Source of the DNA: the human T2T-CHM13v2.0 reference genome, Homo sapiens
NCBI RefSeq assembly: GCF_009914755.1
Contig: NC_060929.1
Direction: 5' to 3' (one strand)
DNA: 64,000 bases
The notes below the pieces were generated by a model. That model was not told the origin of the DNA. It ran no database searches and was given only the letters and a program-made list of their open reading frames with translations. Shown here one piece after another: positions 38,980 through 52,571 of this stretch. Numbering within the stretch: position 1 is the first letter of the stretch; each line of letters begins with the position of its first letter. The position numbers and the translations under genes are program-made.

Positions 38980-40745
38980 GAAGTAAAATGGTCTCATTTT
39001 CTTCGGCCCTGTTTCAATTTAGACCAATACATCTAAAGCTCATATGTTAGGAAACATAATTGAATCTCTATTGTCTGATGTAGGGGGGTTTAATGTCCAT
39101 AAAAGTAGGCACATAAAGTACATTGCCAGAGCAATTAAGTGGAAACTGGCAAGCTGTATTCCTTATTCAAAGGGGCAGCTCAAGTCAGCTTCACTGAGTG
39201 CTGTCATTAATGAATGCTGGCTAAGTGTTATAATACCTTCTAGTTATCTTTCACTTGAAGAGAAGACAGAAGTTCATATTTTATATTATAATTCACAATT
39301 TTAAAATATTGCCATCTTGTAAAAATATTTTAAAGCGTAATTTTCGGCAAACAAAATGTATTTTGGGACTGAAAGGAACGTACTGGTGGCTAGTTTGAGA
39401 TCTCATCAAACGTTTAAAAGGAAACAAACCCTGAAATGTGCAATAACTTCTTACAAAGAAAGTGCGCTGAAACCTGTTGTACACGCTCAATTCTCAGCAG
39501 CCCTAGCTGTAAGATGATCACTTACCTCATACGCATTCAGTGTATGCCTCGCCCTGTCTGGGAAGCACTAGTTAACATGCGTTTTACTGTGACACTCAAC
39601 ATCCTTCATAAGTCCTATTTAACTATCCTTTTCAATACTATTTCCTGAAAGCACTCTTCACAAGCCCTCACTCCAGTCCAACTAAACTTATTGATCCTCC
39701 AGAAACACATCTCAAGGTTTCCTGAATTTTTTCATTTACTCATTCTGGTTCCTTAGTATGGAATTACTTCCATTCCTCATTGATGTATTTTCCATCAATT
39801 CTAAGAGAAATTGCTTTACATTTTCTAAAAGCCCAGAATTTATTTCATATAATATTATTATGCTTTCTTTATTGTGTACATATGTGATTGGGTCATTATA
39901 CAAATTGTTCCTTTTCTTCTTTTTAACTCTATGGGGATAGTTGTATCTCCTTGACCATTAACTGATGTTTTTATTTCGGGATTATAAATATGCTTAGAAC
40001 TAGGACTATTTAATTTATATTTTCTTTAAGCAGCAGTTAGAGTCCTGATATAGACTATATTTCTCAACAGAAGTGAAACAAATTAATCCAGCAAGTGACA
40101 TTTTCTATGGCATGTTTTATGCCCAGCTTGTCACTAGTAGTTGAAACAAAAAGTAGAGTGGTTTTAAACCTTACTGATAGGATATCACTTTACTGTGGTT
40201 TGTCAATTTCTGCTTCTCTTCCTCTTTCTGAACAGTTTGTGATTCAGATAAGGAACCAAAGTTTAGTTGAAAAAATAGTGTGGATTAGTTCAGGTAGCAG
40301 GAGTGACAGAATAGAGATGAAACCTGTGATAATGACACTTGCAATTTTTAGGGATACTTTTGATCTTCTCCTCCTAATTTGAACTGTTTTATGTACATTT
40401 CACAAAGACAAAGACAGGCAGTTTTTAAAATCTCATTTTATGTGGCCTCAGTTTCTACAAAGAGTGCTATAAAATTGTCAAGTCTTTGTTAACAAACCTT
40501 TTCTAAACTACAATTTGTCTGTGTATGCATGGTCACTAAACTAATAAATACAAATGTTTACTAGAATATTTAATAGAAATGTATCACCAAAACCTCTGAT
40601 CCATTTCCTAGAATATTTCAGGTTAAATTTAATTTTCTCCCACTAAAATATCTTATAATTTTTTGTCTTTTACTCATGCCACATTTGTTTATATATATTA
40701 ACATTCTTTTTCTCAGAGTAGGAATGAACAATTTTCATGAAGGCG

Positions 40746-41189
40746 TGTGCAAGTTTAGGCCCTGAGAAGCAAGTTCCAATATGGGGGAAAAAACATTCAA
40801 AAGCTTTACTGGGGAAAATATTTGTGAGGGCAAATTCAAAGGTCAGGGTGGGGTGGTGCTGGGAAAGCTGTTAGTCCACAAAGCAGGTCTGACATGTGAA
40901 AAAGAAGAGGAAGGAAAGAAGTTGAACTGGAAGAGCTTTAGGTTGCAATGTAGTTCTAGGGTATTTGGCAAAGCTTTTGGGGTTCTTCAAGCCACAGGTC
41001 CCTGGTAGAGGAGTCCTGCATCTCCAAGTAATGAACTTGCCTCAGTTTCCCTGTTGTGCTCAGTCATCTGCAGAGGGAGAGTTGCCACACCCCAGATGTG
41101 TGAATGGATCTTGGAATCCAGCAGCTGGGGCTTTGATCAATAATACTGTAATGTCAGATAAGGGAGAAAGCATTTTTATGGCATCTACA
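40746..41189 (-). mobile_element. LTR16C-like (ERVL) solo LTR
   Basis: gagaagcaag...gcaggtctgaca...agaggagtcctg...gtgctcagtcat...gcagctggggct...catttttatggcatctaca. Confidence 0.78.
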
Positions 41190-41222
41190 GAACCCACATG
41201 AAAAACATTTCATTAAAAGATA

Positions 41223-41299
41223 AAATGGGAAGTTATACATACATTTGTCTCGAGTCAGAGAAATGGGGAGTTATACATACATTTGCTCTCGAGTTAAAG
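41223..41299. repeat. 38-39 bp tandem duplication
   Basis: AAATGGGAAGTTATACATACATTTGTCTCGAGTCAGAG then AAATGGGGAGTTATACATACATTTGCTCTCGAGTTAAAG. Confidence 0.92.
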
Positions 41300-42259
41300 A
41301 ATTACATGGAAGCTTTCTCACACCATTTGGATATTGTAAGGTATATATGTTTGTATTATGCTATTATTTTTGTTAGAATATCCCATTAGTTTTTTTCCTT
41401 AGAAAGTATATTACAATACTGAAAATGAACTGACCCTTCACGCCTATCTTTGAGGGCAGATAAGAACAAGGTTGGACAGGTATTATCATCAACCACAGCA
41501 ACTACTAGGGAAAGAGCTTCAAAGGATAGATTGGAAGGTGTCTTTTTAAAAGAAGTAATGTACCAAATTGAGCCTTAAATTCTGCTGCAAAGAAAAAAAA
41601 GAGGAACAAGAACATAGCCTGGTCTAAAAAATAGCACAATGGCTCCAATAAATGTGTGGTTGGTTCTGCGATAATTCCTGAAAAAAGTCAAGTCTTTCAA
41701 GAACTGCCCGTCATTTGTTAGATGCCATGTCAGGCCCTTATAAACTATCACCTGAGAAGACCAGTTGTTCTCTCAGAAATCTTAGAGTTTTACGAGGCAG
41801 AGTTTGGAGTCTTGTCTCTTAAAAACTGAAAGTTGTGAATTTTTGGCTCTAATTTGTAAACTTAAATAAAAATTTAATGAGCTAATGCCAAAATAATACA
41901 CTTGAGAGGCACAATTAGTGGTATTTGGCCAGCGAGGAAATGGTGGCAATTACACACAAGAGACATAATATGTTTATGTTTTTTTGCCAAATGTGTCTTA
42001 AGTTGTGTCAGTGGCAAAGACAAGCTGGTGTTTCCACTAGAAATTAGAAAAGCCTCACACCCCTGGGTTCTTTATATCATCAAAGAAGAAACCCATATTT
42101 AATTCTGATTATGGTATAAGTAACAGTATAATTATTTTTCTTATCCATATTTGCTATGTGTCATTTACTATAAGCTATTTCATTATATATTTGATATATT
42201 GATATTGCTATGGTCATATCTACTTCCAAACATTGTCTCAGGTACCAGGTTGTATGTAG

Positions 42260-42584
<325 letters not shown>

Positions 42585-42669
42585 CACTAGTGACATTTTA
42601 AATGCTGATTCAGCCATTGATGTGAACTATCACTGTAGACCATGAGTCCATATGAGAAAGTAAACATCA

Positions 42670-43017
<348 letters not shown>

Positions 43018-43452
43018 TTAGGAAGAGTTCTTAATTTTTTTTTTTTTCTTGAAGTAGAAGCTGTTGTAATGATGGGTAGACAATCAACTGGGCTTGCAAT
43101 GTGGGCTTGACTGTAGGTGCAATATCCATCACATTGACCTCTGCATTTACTATATTTCACCAATGAACAAAAAGTGTTCCAGCATCAGGAGCTGGTTGGA
43201 GACACCTACTATTTTAATAATACATGTATATTAACCAGGGATGTAGCAAATTGGTAATGACTCTTGAAGTTGAAAATTTTATCATTTAAATTTGGGACAG
43301 GATTAAAAGAGAAAGGTAGTGATATAATTACAAGCTACATAGCTCTCCTTTCCATCTTTGCCAACAATTATTGACAATCTTTAAAAGGAATTAGTTAGAT
43401 TTTCCAGTGGAAACAGTTTTAGTTCAATAAATGCCATTTTCCATCTAATTAT

Positions 43453-43456
<4 letters not shown>

Positions 43457-43487
<31 letters not shown>

Positions 43488-43718
43488 GCTGAGATTTACC
43501 AAGATTTAGGTAGGTACTAGCATATCCTAATAACTTTACATAAATTTATAAATTTGATACTTAACATACTTTACAATTTTGTCCATTTTGGGTAGGGGTT
43601 GGGAGTGAGGAGATTGAAATACAAAGAGATTCAATGCCTTGACTGGGGTCCTGTTAGCAATGGGAACAGGAGTTCAAACAAAACAATCTGTCTCCAGAGC
43701 CCACGTGCTCAACCACTT
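43457..43718 (-). mobile_element. MIR with (TAA)n microsatellite at its 3' end
   Basis: (taa)n followed by degenerate MIR ending tctgtctccagagcccacgtgctcaaccact. Confidence 0.65.
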
Positions 43719-44581
43719 ATTTCCCTCCCTCCCTTGTTGCTACTGAGAGAATAACTCCTATTGAGAAAGGGTCTTATGACACTTTTAAGACTAACCTTTT
43801 AGAAAATTTCAGAAGAAATTCTTGAATTTAGTAAAATATTGTACAAGATAGACTTAAAGCTACCTTTAAAGTTTTAAGTTATAAGACTTTGGAAATACTT
43901 GCCTTTATGCATTGCAGAGACAGAGCCCATTCTGGTTCCTTCTCTCTGCTTTGCAAACTCTGTTTTTTTGCTCACTTTTCACCTAATTACTGCAAATCCT
44001 CTCCCTGGCAGATGCAGTTTCTCACTCTACACTATCACACATACATTAGCCTGATGCTTACTTCTTACCTTGCTATAATCCCAGTGAATTAGAATTTTGA
44101 TCCGATGTGCTATGAAAGGAACAGACAGATAGAAAAGGGAGAAATGAGGAAGAAAAGAAAAATTTAAAAAGCACATCATTATTTTTGGACACTACATCTG
44201 CCTTTTGCCAACTTAGAATTATGAAATATAATGAACATGTAAAGGTCTTGACTTGTATTTCTCACTTTATTCTTAAACTTTATTCATTTCTCTCATTGCA
44301 GTCCTTGATAACCTTGAGCAGCAAAAATGAGGAGAATGCAAACAGAACGCTAAGAGAAAAGAAACCTCTTCTAACCACTGTTCCTTAATTTCCCAGGATC
44401 CACATTCTCATCCTTACCATTCCTTTAACCGTTTTCCTTTTATACACTTTATATATTAAATGGAGTCTTATGAACTCACTTGGGAATCTAATCACTATTT
44501 TTGAGTAAATATATTCTTAGCTCAAAACTTCATTTTCAAATATAACCAGTTAAGTTGAGAACAGATTACAGCTAAACAGAT

Positions 44582-44584
<3 letters not shown>

Positions 44585-44629
<45 letters not shown>
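44585..44629. repeat. (CA)n microsatellite, about 22 perfect units
   Basis: Direct reading. Confidence 0.97.
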
Positions 44630-44630
<1 letters not shown>

Positions 44631-47182
44631 TCTGGATTTATTGTATTTATGTGGTGTAATCATCATCTTGCATCTAAAGTACTCTGATCCTGATATCTTG
44701 GAGGAAAAATGAAATATGAATTTGGAGATAAGAGATTGTTGGTTTTGTATTTATATTAGCTAAAACAACTCATGTAGAACTGGTAAGAAATCATGACTTA
44801 GAATTTGCTTATGTTCACATTTGTTCTTTTTTTTAGTTTATTAAAAAACAGTATAGGGAGAGAGATGGTGCAAGATGGCCAAATAGAAGCCTACAAAGAT
44901 TACCCCCTCTGCAGAAACACGAAATTGAATAACTATCCACACAAAAAACACCTTCATGAGAACTAAAAATCAGATGAGTGATCACAGTACCTGTTTATAA
45001 CATCATATTAAGGAAGAGGCACAAAAGAGTGTAGGAAAGACAGTCTTGAATTGCTGACATTACCATTTTCCCATTCCCCAGTAGTAACAATGGCTGACTG
45101 GCCTGGAGAGAGTATCTGTGCATTTAGGGAAGGGATAGCACAATGATTGTGGAACTTGGCATTGTAATTCAGTGCTGCCCTGTCACAGTCAAAAGCAGCA
45201 CAGGGCAGAACTCGGCCAGTGCCCATGGAAGGAGCATTAAGACCAGCCCTAGCCAGAGGCAAATAGTCTATCTCAAGATTGGAACCTGATCCCTGGCAAG
45301 CCCTGCCACTGTGGGAGAAAGTGCTCTGGAGTCCTAATTAACTTGAAAGACAGCCTAGGTCACAGGACTGCAATTCCTGGGCAAGACCTTGTACCGTGTT
45401 GGGCTCAGAACCAGTGGACTTGGGGTGAACATGACCTAGCAAGACACCAGCTGGGGCTTCCAAGGGAGTGCTTGCATTAGCCCTCCTTCAACCCCAGGCA
45501 CTGCAGCTCACACTTCAGGAAGGGACTCCTTAAATCCTTCCTCCTAATTAGGAGGAATTTTGCAAACTATACAAATGCATGGAAACTAAATACTGTGCTG
45601 CTGAATTACCAGTGGGTCAATGAAGAGATTAAGAAGGAAATTTAAAAATGTATTGAAACAAATAAAGATGGAAACACAACATACCAAAACCTATAGGAGC
45701 AGTACTAAGAGGAAAGATTATAGCAATGTGTCTAAAAGCAAAAAAGTAAAAAAAAAAAAAAAAAAAACTTTCAATAAGCAACCTAATGATGCATCTTAAA
45801 AAATTAGATGGGTGAAAGAAAACCAAACTCAAAATTAGCAGAAGAAAAGGAATAGTAAAATCAGAGGGTAAATAAATGAAATTGAAACAAGAAACAATAC
45901 AAAAGAGCAATAAAATGAAAAGTTGTTTTTTTGAAAAAAGATAAACAAAATTGACGTTTAGCCTAACTGAGAAAAGCAGAGAGAAGACCCAACTAGAAGA
46001 GAAGAAGGAGACATTACGCCAATAACACAGAAATTCAAAGGATCATTAGAAGCTACTACAAGCAACTATATGCTACTAAACTGGAAAACCTAGAAGTAAC
46101 AGATACATACAACCTACCAAGATTAAGCCATGAAGAAATCCAAAACTTGAACAGAACACTAACAGGTAATGAGATCAAAGCTGAAATAAAATGTCTCCCA
46201 GCAAAGAAAAGCCTAGGAACTCATGGCTTATCTGCTGAATATTACCAAACATTTAAAAAAATACCAATTCTCCTCAAACTGTTCCAAAAAATAGGGGAGG
46301 AGGGAATGCTTCCAAACTCATTCTATGAGGCCTGTATTACCCTGATACCAAAACCAGGGAAAGATATCAAGGAAAGAAAACTACAGGTCCAGATTCCCAA
46401 TGAATATTGATGCAAAAATCCTTAACAAAATATAAGCAATCCAGATTTAAAAATACATTTAAAAGATCATTCATTGTGACCAAGTGGGATTTATCTCAAG
46501 GATGGTTCAACATATACAAATATACAACATATACAAATCAGTGTGATCCCTCATATCAACAGAATGAAGAACAAAAAACATATGATAATTTCAGTTGATG
46601 CTAAAAAAGCACTTGGTAAAATTCAACATCTCTTAATGATAAAAAAAACCCCCAAATAACTGGGGATAGAAAGGACATAGGTCAATACAATAAAAGCTGT
46701 ATACGACAGATCCACAGGTGGTATCATACTGAATAGGGAAAAACTGGAAACCTTTGATCTAAGATCTGGTAGATGAAAATGATGCCCACTTTCACCAGTT
46801 ATTCAACATAGTACTGGAAGTCCTGGCTAGAGCAATCAGATAAAAGAAAGAAATAAAAGCGCATCCAAATTAGAAAGGAAGCCATATTATCCTGTGTGCA
46901 AATGGTATGATCTTATATTTGAAAAAAAAAAACAAAACGAAACTGAAGACTTCACCAAATAACTATTAGAAATGATAAATTTCAGTAAAGTTGCAGGATA
47001 CAAAATCAACATACCCAAATCAGTAGCATTTCTATATGCCAACAATGAACAATTTGAAACAGGAATCAAGAAAGTAATCCCATTTATAATAGCTACAAAC
47101 AAAATAAAATAGCAGAATATATAAGGAGCTCAAACAAGTCAGTAGAAAAATATAATCCGATTAAAAAATGGGCAAAAAGTTG

Positions 47183-47553
47183 TAAAAAAACAACAACAAG
47201 ATCATGCCTTTTGCAGGAACATAGGTGGAGTTGGAAGCCATTGTCTTTAGCAAACACAGGAACAGAAAACCAAATACCCATATGTTCTCACTTATAAGTG
47301 GGAGCTAAATGATGAGAACACATGAACACACAGAGGAGAACACCACGCACTGGAGTCTACGGGAGGGTGGAGGGTTAAGGGTGGGCGGAGGTAGAGTCAG
47401 GAAAAATAACTACTGGATACTAGGCTTAATACCTGGGTGATGAAATAATCTGTACAAGAAACCCCCAGGACACAAGTTTACCTATATAACAAACCTGCAC
47501 ATGTACCCGTAAACTTAAAAGTTAAATTAAAAAAAATTAAAATTAAAAAAATA
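47183..47553 (+). mobile_element. L1PA13-15-like 3' fragment nested in the L1MA
   Basis: gagctaaatgatgagaacaca...ggaaaaataact...ggcttaatacctgggtgatgaaataatctgtac; TSD about AAAATGG(G/A)CAAAA. Confidence 0.88.
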
Positions 47554-47674
47554 AAAATGGACAAAAGATATAGATATTTCTCAAAAGAAGATATACAAAT
47601 GGCAAACGGGTATATAAAAAGGTGTTCAATATCATTGACCATCAGATAAATGCAAATAAAAACTATGGTGAAAT

Positions 47675-48018
47675 GGCCAGGTGCCCTGGCTCACGCCTGT
47701 AATCGCAATACTTTGGGAGCCCGAGTCAGGCAGATCACGAGGTCAGGAGATCGAGAGCATCCTGGCTAACACGGTGAAACGCCATCTCTACTAAAAATAT
47801 AAAAAATTAGCCGGACGTGGTCGCGGGCGCCTGTACTCCCAGCTACTCGGAAGGCTGAGGCAGGAGAATGGCGTTAACCCGGAAGGTAGAGCTTACAGTG
47901 AGGCGAGATCGCGCCACTGCACTCCAGACTGGGCGACAGAGAGAGACTCCGTCTCAAACAAAACCAAACCAAAACCCAAAACAAAACAAAAAACAAAAAC
48001 AAAACAAAACAAAACCAA
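47675..48018 (+). mobile_element. AluY nested in the L1MA
   Basis: catcctggctaacacggtgaaac; TSD AAAACTATGGTGAAAT / AAAACTACAATGAAAT. Confidence 0.96.
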
Positions 48019-49349
48019 AAAACTACAATGAAATATCATTTCACCCCCGTTAAAATAGCTTTTATCCAAAAGATAGGCAATAATGAATGCTGGCATGGAT
48101 TTGCATAAAAGGGAACCCTGTACACTGTTGAGGGGAATAAGTTGGTAAAACCACTGTGGAGAACAGTTGGGAGGTTCCTCAAAATCTAAAAATGGAACTG
48201 ACATATGATCCAACAATCTTTCTGCTAGGTATACCCAAAAGAAAGGAAATCAGTATATCAAAGAAATATCTGGATTCCCATGTTTGTTGCAGGACTGTTC
48301 ACAATAGGCAAGATTTGGAAGCAAGAGGTGTCCACCAACAGATGAATGAATAAAGAAAATGTACATATACCCAACAGAATACTGTTCAACTATAAAAAGG
48401 AATGAGATCCTGTCATTTGCAACAACATAGATGGAACTGGAGGACATTACATTAAGTGAAATAAGCCAGGCACAGAAAGATAATTTTCTCATGTTCTCAT
48501 TTATTTGTGGAAGCTAAAATTGAAATAATGGAGACAGAGAGTAGAATGATGTTTACCAGAGGCTGGGAAGCGTAGTAGGAGGCAGGGAAGTGGGATGGTA
48601 AATGGGTACAAAAATATAGTTTGATGGAATGAATAAGATCTAGTACTTGATAGCACAACGCGTAACTATAGCCAACAATAACTTATTATACATTTTTAAA
48701 TAACTAAAAGGGTATAGAGTGTTTGTAACACAAAGAAAGGATAAATGCATTTACCCCAATGTGATTATTACACATTGTATGCCTGTATACAAATATCTCA
48801 TATACTCGGTAAATATATACACATCCTATATACCCACAAAAAATTAAAAGTACAGATAAGTTATGAGGAAAAATGTACAAAATACATAACAGAGGAATTG
48901 CTTGGTGAGATTTAACAAATAGAAATTCTTGTTGGACAGGAGAAAACACATCCATCAGAAAGATATTTTCTCCCAGTTGGAAGACTCCTTTCTATTGGAA
49001 CCACAGTATCATGAACATTGATTTCATTTTGAGGCAGAACGTAATCTTTTGATCCGGGAATTTCCACATACTAATGTATTTGGCAAAGAATGGGAACAGG
49101 ATACAACTGAAGTTTTGTTTTCAAGTGTATTGCTAGTGAATGGTGGATTATTTCACAAAGTGAATTTTTATCTGTAAGCCTTGATTCTCAGAAAAATAAT
49201 CCAGCTGAAAGGGACAAAAGTAGAAATGTTTGCAAAGAATTATGTAATATTTGAGCTGAGAAGAAATATCTTGTAGCTATTAGCTCCTATTAAACAGGCA
49301 AGAAAATCAACACCCAAATACAGCAATTTATTTATGTTTTTGTTGCGAA

Positions 49350-50465
49350 TTGTCACAAATCTGGACATCTAAAAGATAAGATAAATGCGGTTACTTTCAT
49401 AAAAATTAAAAACTCTGTAACAACAGAAAGGTGAAATCACAATAAAAGTTAAAAGATAAGTGACTGATAGGACAAATATTAACAACATATAAGGAAAAGA
49501 AGGTCTTCTTTACTATAGAAAGAATAGTGCAAATGAGTAATAGGAAGGTTAAAAATCATATAGAAATGAATGATTGAACAGGAACAGATACCTAACAGTA
49601 GAACAAATTAAATAACCAATTAACCTGTGGAAAACTTATTTATTATTACAAAATGTAAATTAAAATAAAATAAATATCTGTCAATCTATCAAATGGAAAA
49701 GATTTAAAAGTTGGGTAGCAACCATAGTTAAGGATTGTGAGGAAAGATAATCAGTGGTGTACAGGAGACAGCTTCACCAGCTCAAAGGAACAAATGTGTT
49801 GATTTTCATCCAACTGTAAGTTTAGAAACATTGTATTGGTAGCTTGAAATTGGTGATGGCTGGTATATTTATACCATGGAAATTGTCAATTACTACCAAT
49901 AAGGGCCGTTAATATTTCAAGCCAGAGAACCAGTTGTTAAGCATTTGTTAGCACAGTACTATCTATACTCACACTTTAAAATGATAATTTAATTGAAGCA
50001 AGCTCCTTTAAGAGGGCTACTTTGGAATTTATAACTAAATTTTAATGTATACATATTAACTTAGCCATTTTATTCTTATAAATGTATCCTTCAAATATAT
50101 CTACAGTGTATATTTGTGGAGATTTGTGCAAATCTCTGCAAAGATGAGCATAGTGCTTTGTTTGTAAAAGCCACAGAAAAATGGAAACAAACTAAATGTT
50201 CAAGTAATAAAAACATACAAAAATTATGAACAGCTGAATGAAGGGAGTTTTGCAGTTACTTTAATAATAAAGTGCTATGTATAACAATATGCTAACATAT
50301 GCCAAGTATTCTTAGAAATGAAAAAATTAAGTTACGCAACAGTAGGCATAATATGATTTTTTTGTGTTAAATTGGGAAGCAAAAAAAAATTTCAAATAAC
50401 AAAAAGATATTTGAAAGGCACAAAAAAAGTGTTAATATTATTTGCCTCTGGATAATGAGACTACA
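49350..50465 (+). mobile_element. Highly diverged L1ME-like 3' region
   Basis: cataaaaattaaaaactctgt...aaagttaaaagataag; gtttgtaaaagcc...aaatggaaacaaactaaatgtt. Confidence 0.55.
49752..49961 (+). mobile_element. MER63A-like hAT DNA transposon
   Basis: CAGTGGTGT start, ttggtagcttgaaattgg core, end ccagttgttaagcatttgttagcacagtacta (decayed TIR). Confidence 0.8.
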
Positions 50466-50479
50466 TTTCATGAAAAAAA

Positions 50480-50680
50480 TACACACACACACATACACAT
50501 ATGTATACATATGTGTACACATGTAATATATGGAATTACATATGTGTATATTTATGTTTGTATGTACAAGTGTGTGTGTGAGAAGAGTATACACACTAAT
50601 ATATACTATATATGATAATAATATAAAATATATAACTGTATATGCAAAAGTATATACAGTATATAAATATATATATAATT
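50480..50680. repeat. (CA)/(TA)/(TG) low-complexity tract
   Basis: Direct reading. Confidence 0.8.
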
Positions 50681-51439
50681 TAAATTATTTGCTTCCTGAT
50701 TTAAATTTTTAATTTCAACTTTTTTTAATGGAAAAGAGTTTTATATAAGAATTAAATAGGATTATGGCCTCAACTTTGAGTAACGTATTATAGTAGTGCC
50801 TGATTGCCCATTAGGGGCTAGAGTGAGAGGCCATGCTGCCAGAATAGCTTAATCTGAAAGCAGAGACAATATTACTTGCAATCAATCTGGGAAAAGAAAT
50901 GATAAGCACTCAGAAATCTCAGAAGACTTGCTTCAGACTGGGATATGGAGAGATTTATTATCTCCCTTAATAGAGACTGTATGATGGGATAGCAAGTATG
51001 GTTTATTGGGCTTGTCTTGAGTATAGAGAGTAATTAAACTTCCTCATTTATGTTTTTCTAGCAACAGTATAAATAATTACAATATTTTGGAAAACTATTT
51101 GGAAATTGTAAGTGCAAGAAAAGTTTTAGTACTGGCTGGCCCAGGACTCCTCTTTCAAGTATACTAAATAAGCTGACACAAAGAGTAAGCTATGGCACAA
51201 AGCAGTTCAATCAACAATATTTATTTTAATGAAAAAATTAATAGTTTAGTTGTTCAACATTTCTTAATTATGAACAAAATGTAGTATATACAATCAATGG
51301 AACAAAATGCAGTCATTAAAAATTATCACTATAAAGATCATAGTAACATGCTACTTGACATTTCTTATCTATTTCAGGGCAAGTTCTGACTCAACTTGAT
51401 GGAAGTGAACAAATCTGATCCTTACCAAGTGTTGCTTAC

Positions 51440-52162
51440 TTCAAAAAATGGCAGCATCATTCACAAGTTTGCAAAACCTTGGTGTTACGTTTTCATCTTG
51501 CCCCACTCCCTAGCCTCCCGAACATTCAATCCATTGCTCTATTGATTATTGTTATCTACTAAGTATTTCTCAGACCCATACACCTTTCTCCCAGTTTGCC
51601 ACCAGCTTAGCCCAACTATGATGTCATCTCATTTGGACGATCGTAACAACTTTCTAACTGGTCTCTTAATATGTCAGTGCCTACAGATCTATTCTCCACA
51701 TGTAACTGCAAGATCTTTTTAAAGCAAAAGCCTAATAAAATCCCCTTATTGTTCTTGGATTTAAATCAGATAAACAAATAACTGTACATGCTCATATTCT
51801 CTGCCACTAGGTATTATGATGAGGTGATTTGTTTCGTCACTTTAACCTAGACAATTCCTATTCATCTTTCAGCTCTCACTTCAGCATGATTTTGTAGGGG
51901 AAGCTCCACATTACATTTTTTACTAAGACAGATCACACCACCTTTGACTCTTTTTGAGGGTCCTTGCCACAGTTGCAATATTATAGCTGTTTGTAAGAAT
52001 TTTGTATCTATGTTTGCCTCTTATACTAAATTGTCTGTTCTATGAGAGCAGAGATTGTGTGGATTCTGCTCATTATTTTATCTGCCAATCACTACCAGAA
52101 TATCAGAATGTAATGGACAGTCAAGAAGCACTTTTTTTCCTATATGGAATGATAAATAAATT
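51440..52162 (+). mobile_element. L2a 3' region
   Basis: catctcatttggacgatcgtaacaactttctaactggtctc; ttctatgagagcagagattgtgt; ends gaatgataaataaat. Confidence 0.7.
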
Positions 52163-52319
52163 AAAAGGTGAATGATGCAAAAAATTATGTTATGTAAAAA
52201 TGAAATATAATTAACTGAAAAAATAGGATACAAATTTAAACCTGGTAGGTTTATATTTAAAACAAATATATAGACAAAAGATTGTGTGGTTTTGTATGAA
52301 TTCCTAGAGAGGATGATTT

Positions 52320-52571
52320 TAATAGTACCAGCTCATATTTATTGTGTCTTAGTTTATTCCAGGTGATGCACAAAAGTACATTTTATGCACTATTTTGTGT
52401 ATTCCTTACAGCAAACCTGTACATTAAATATTATACTATCATGCTATTGAAGCTACTAAGCTATAAAATTGTCAAATGACTGAACTTAAATTACACAGCT
52501 CATAGTGAATCTGTACCGAAACCCAGGTTGTTCTGACTTCAGGGGTCCTGTTTTTAATTAGTGCTACACTG
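52320..52571 (-). mobile_element. MIR
   Basis: atttattgtgtctt...acacagct...gaaacccagg...tctgacttcagggg...ttaattagtgctacactg. Confidence 0.65.

Larger units (their letters stand above)
44856..48850 (+). mobile_element. L1MA2/3-like element retaining both ends, with large internal deletions and nested insertions
   Basis: 5' end gggagagagatggtgcaagatggccaaatagaagcc; jump to ORF2 near 45550; [19 protein letters not shown]; second jump near 47110; L1MA3-type 3' UTR ending tacccacaaaaaattaaaa. Confidence 0.88.
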
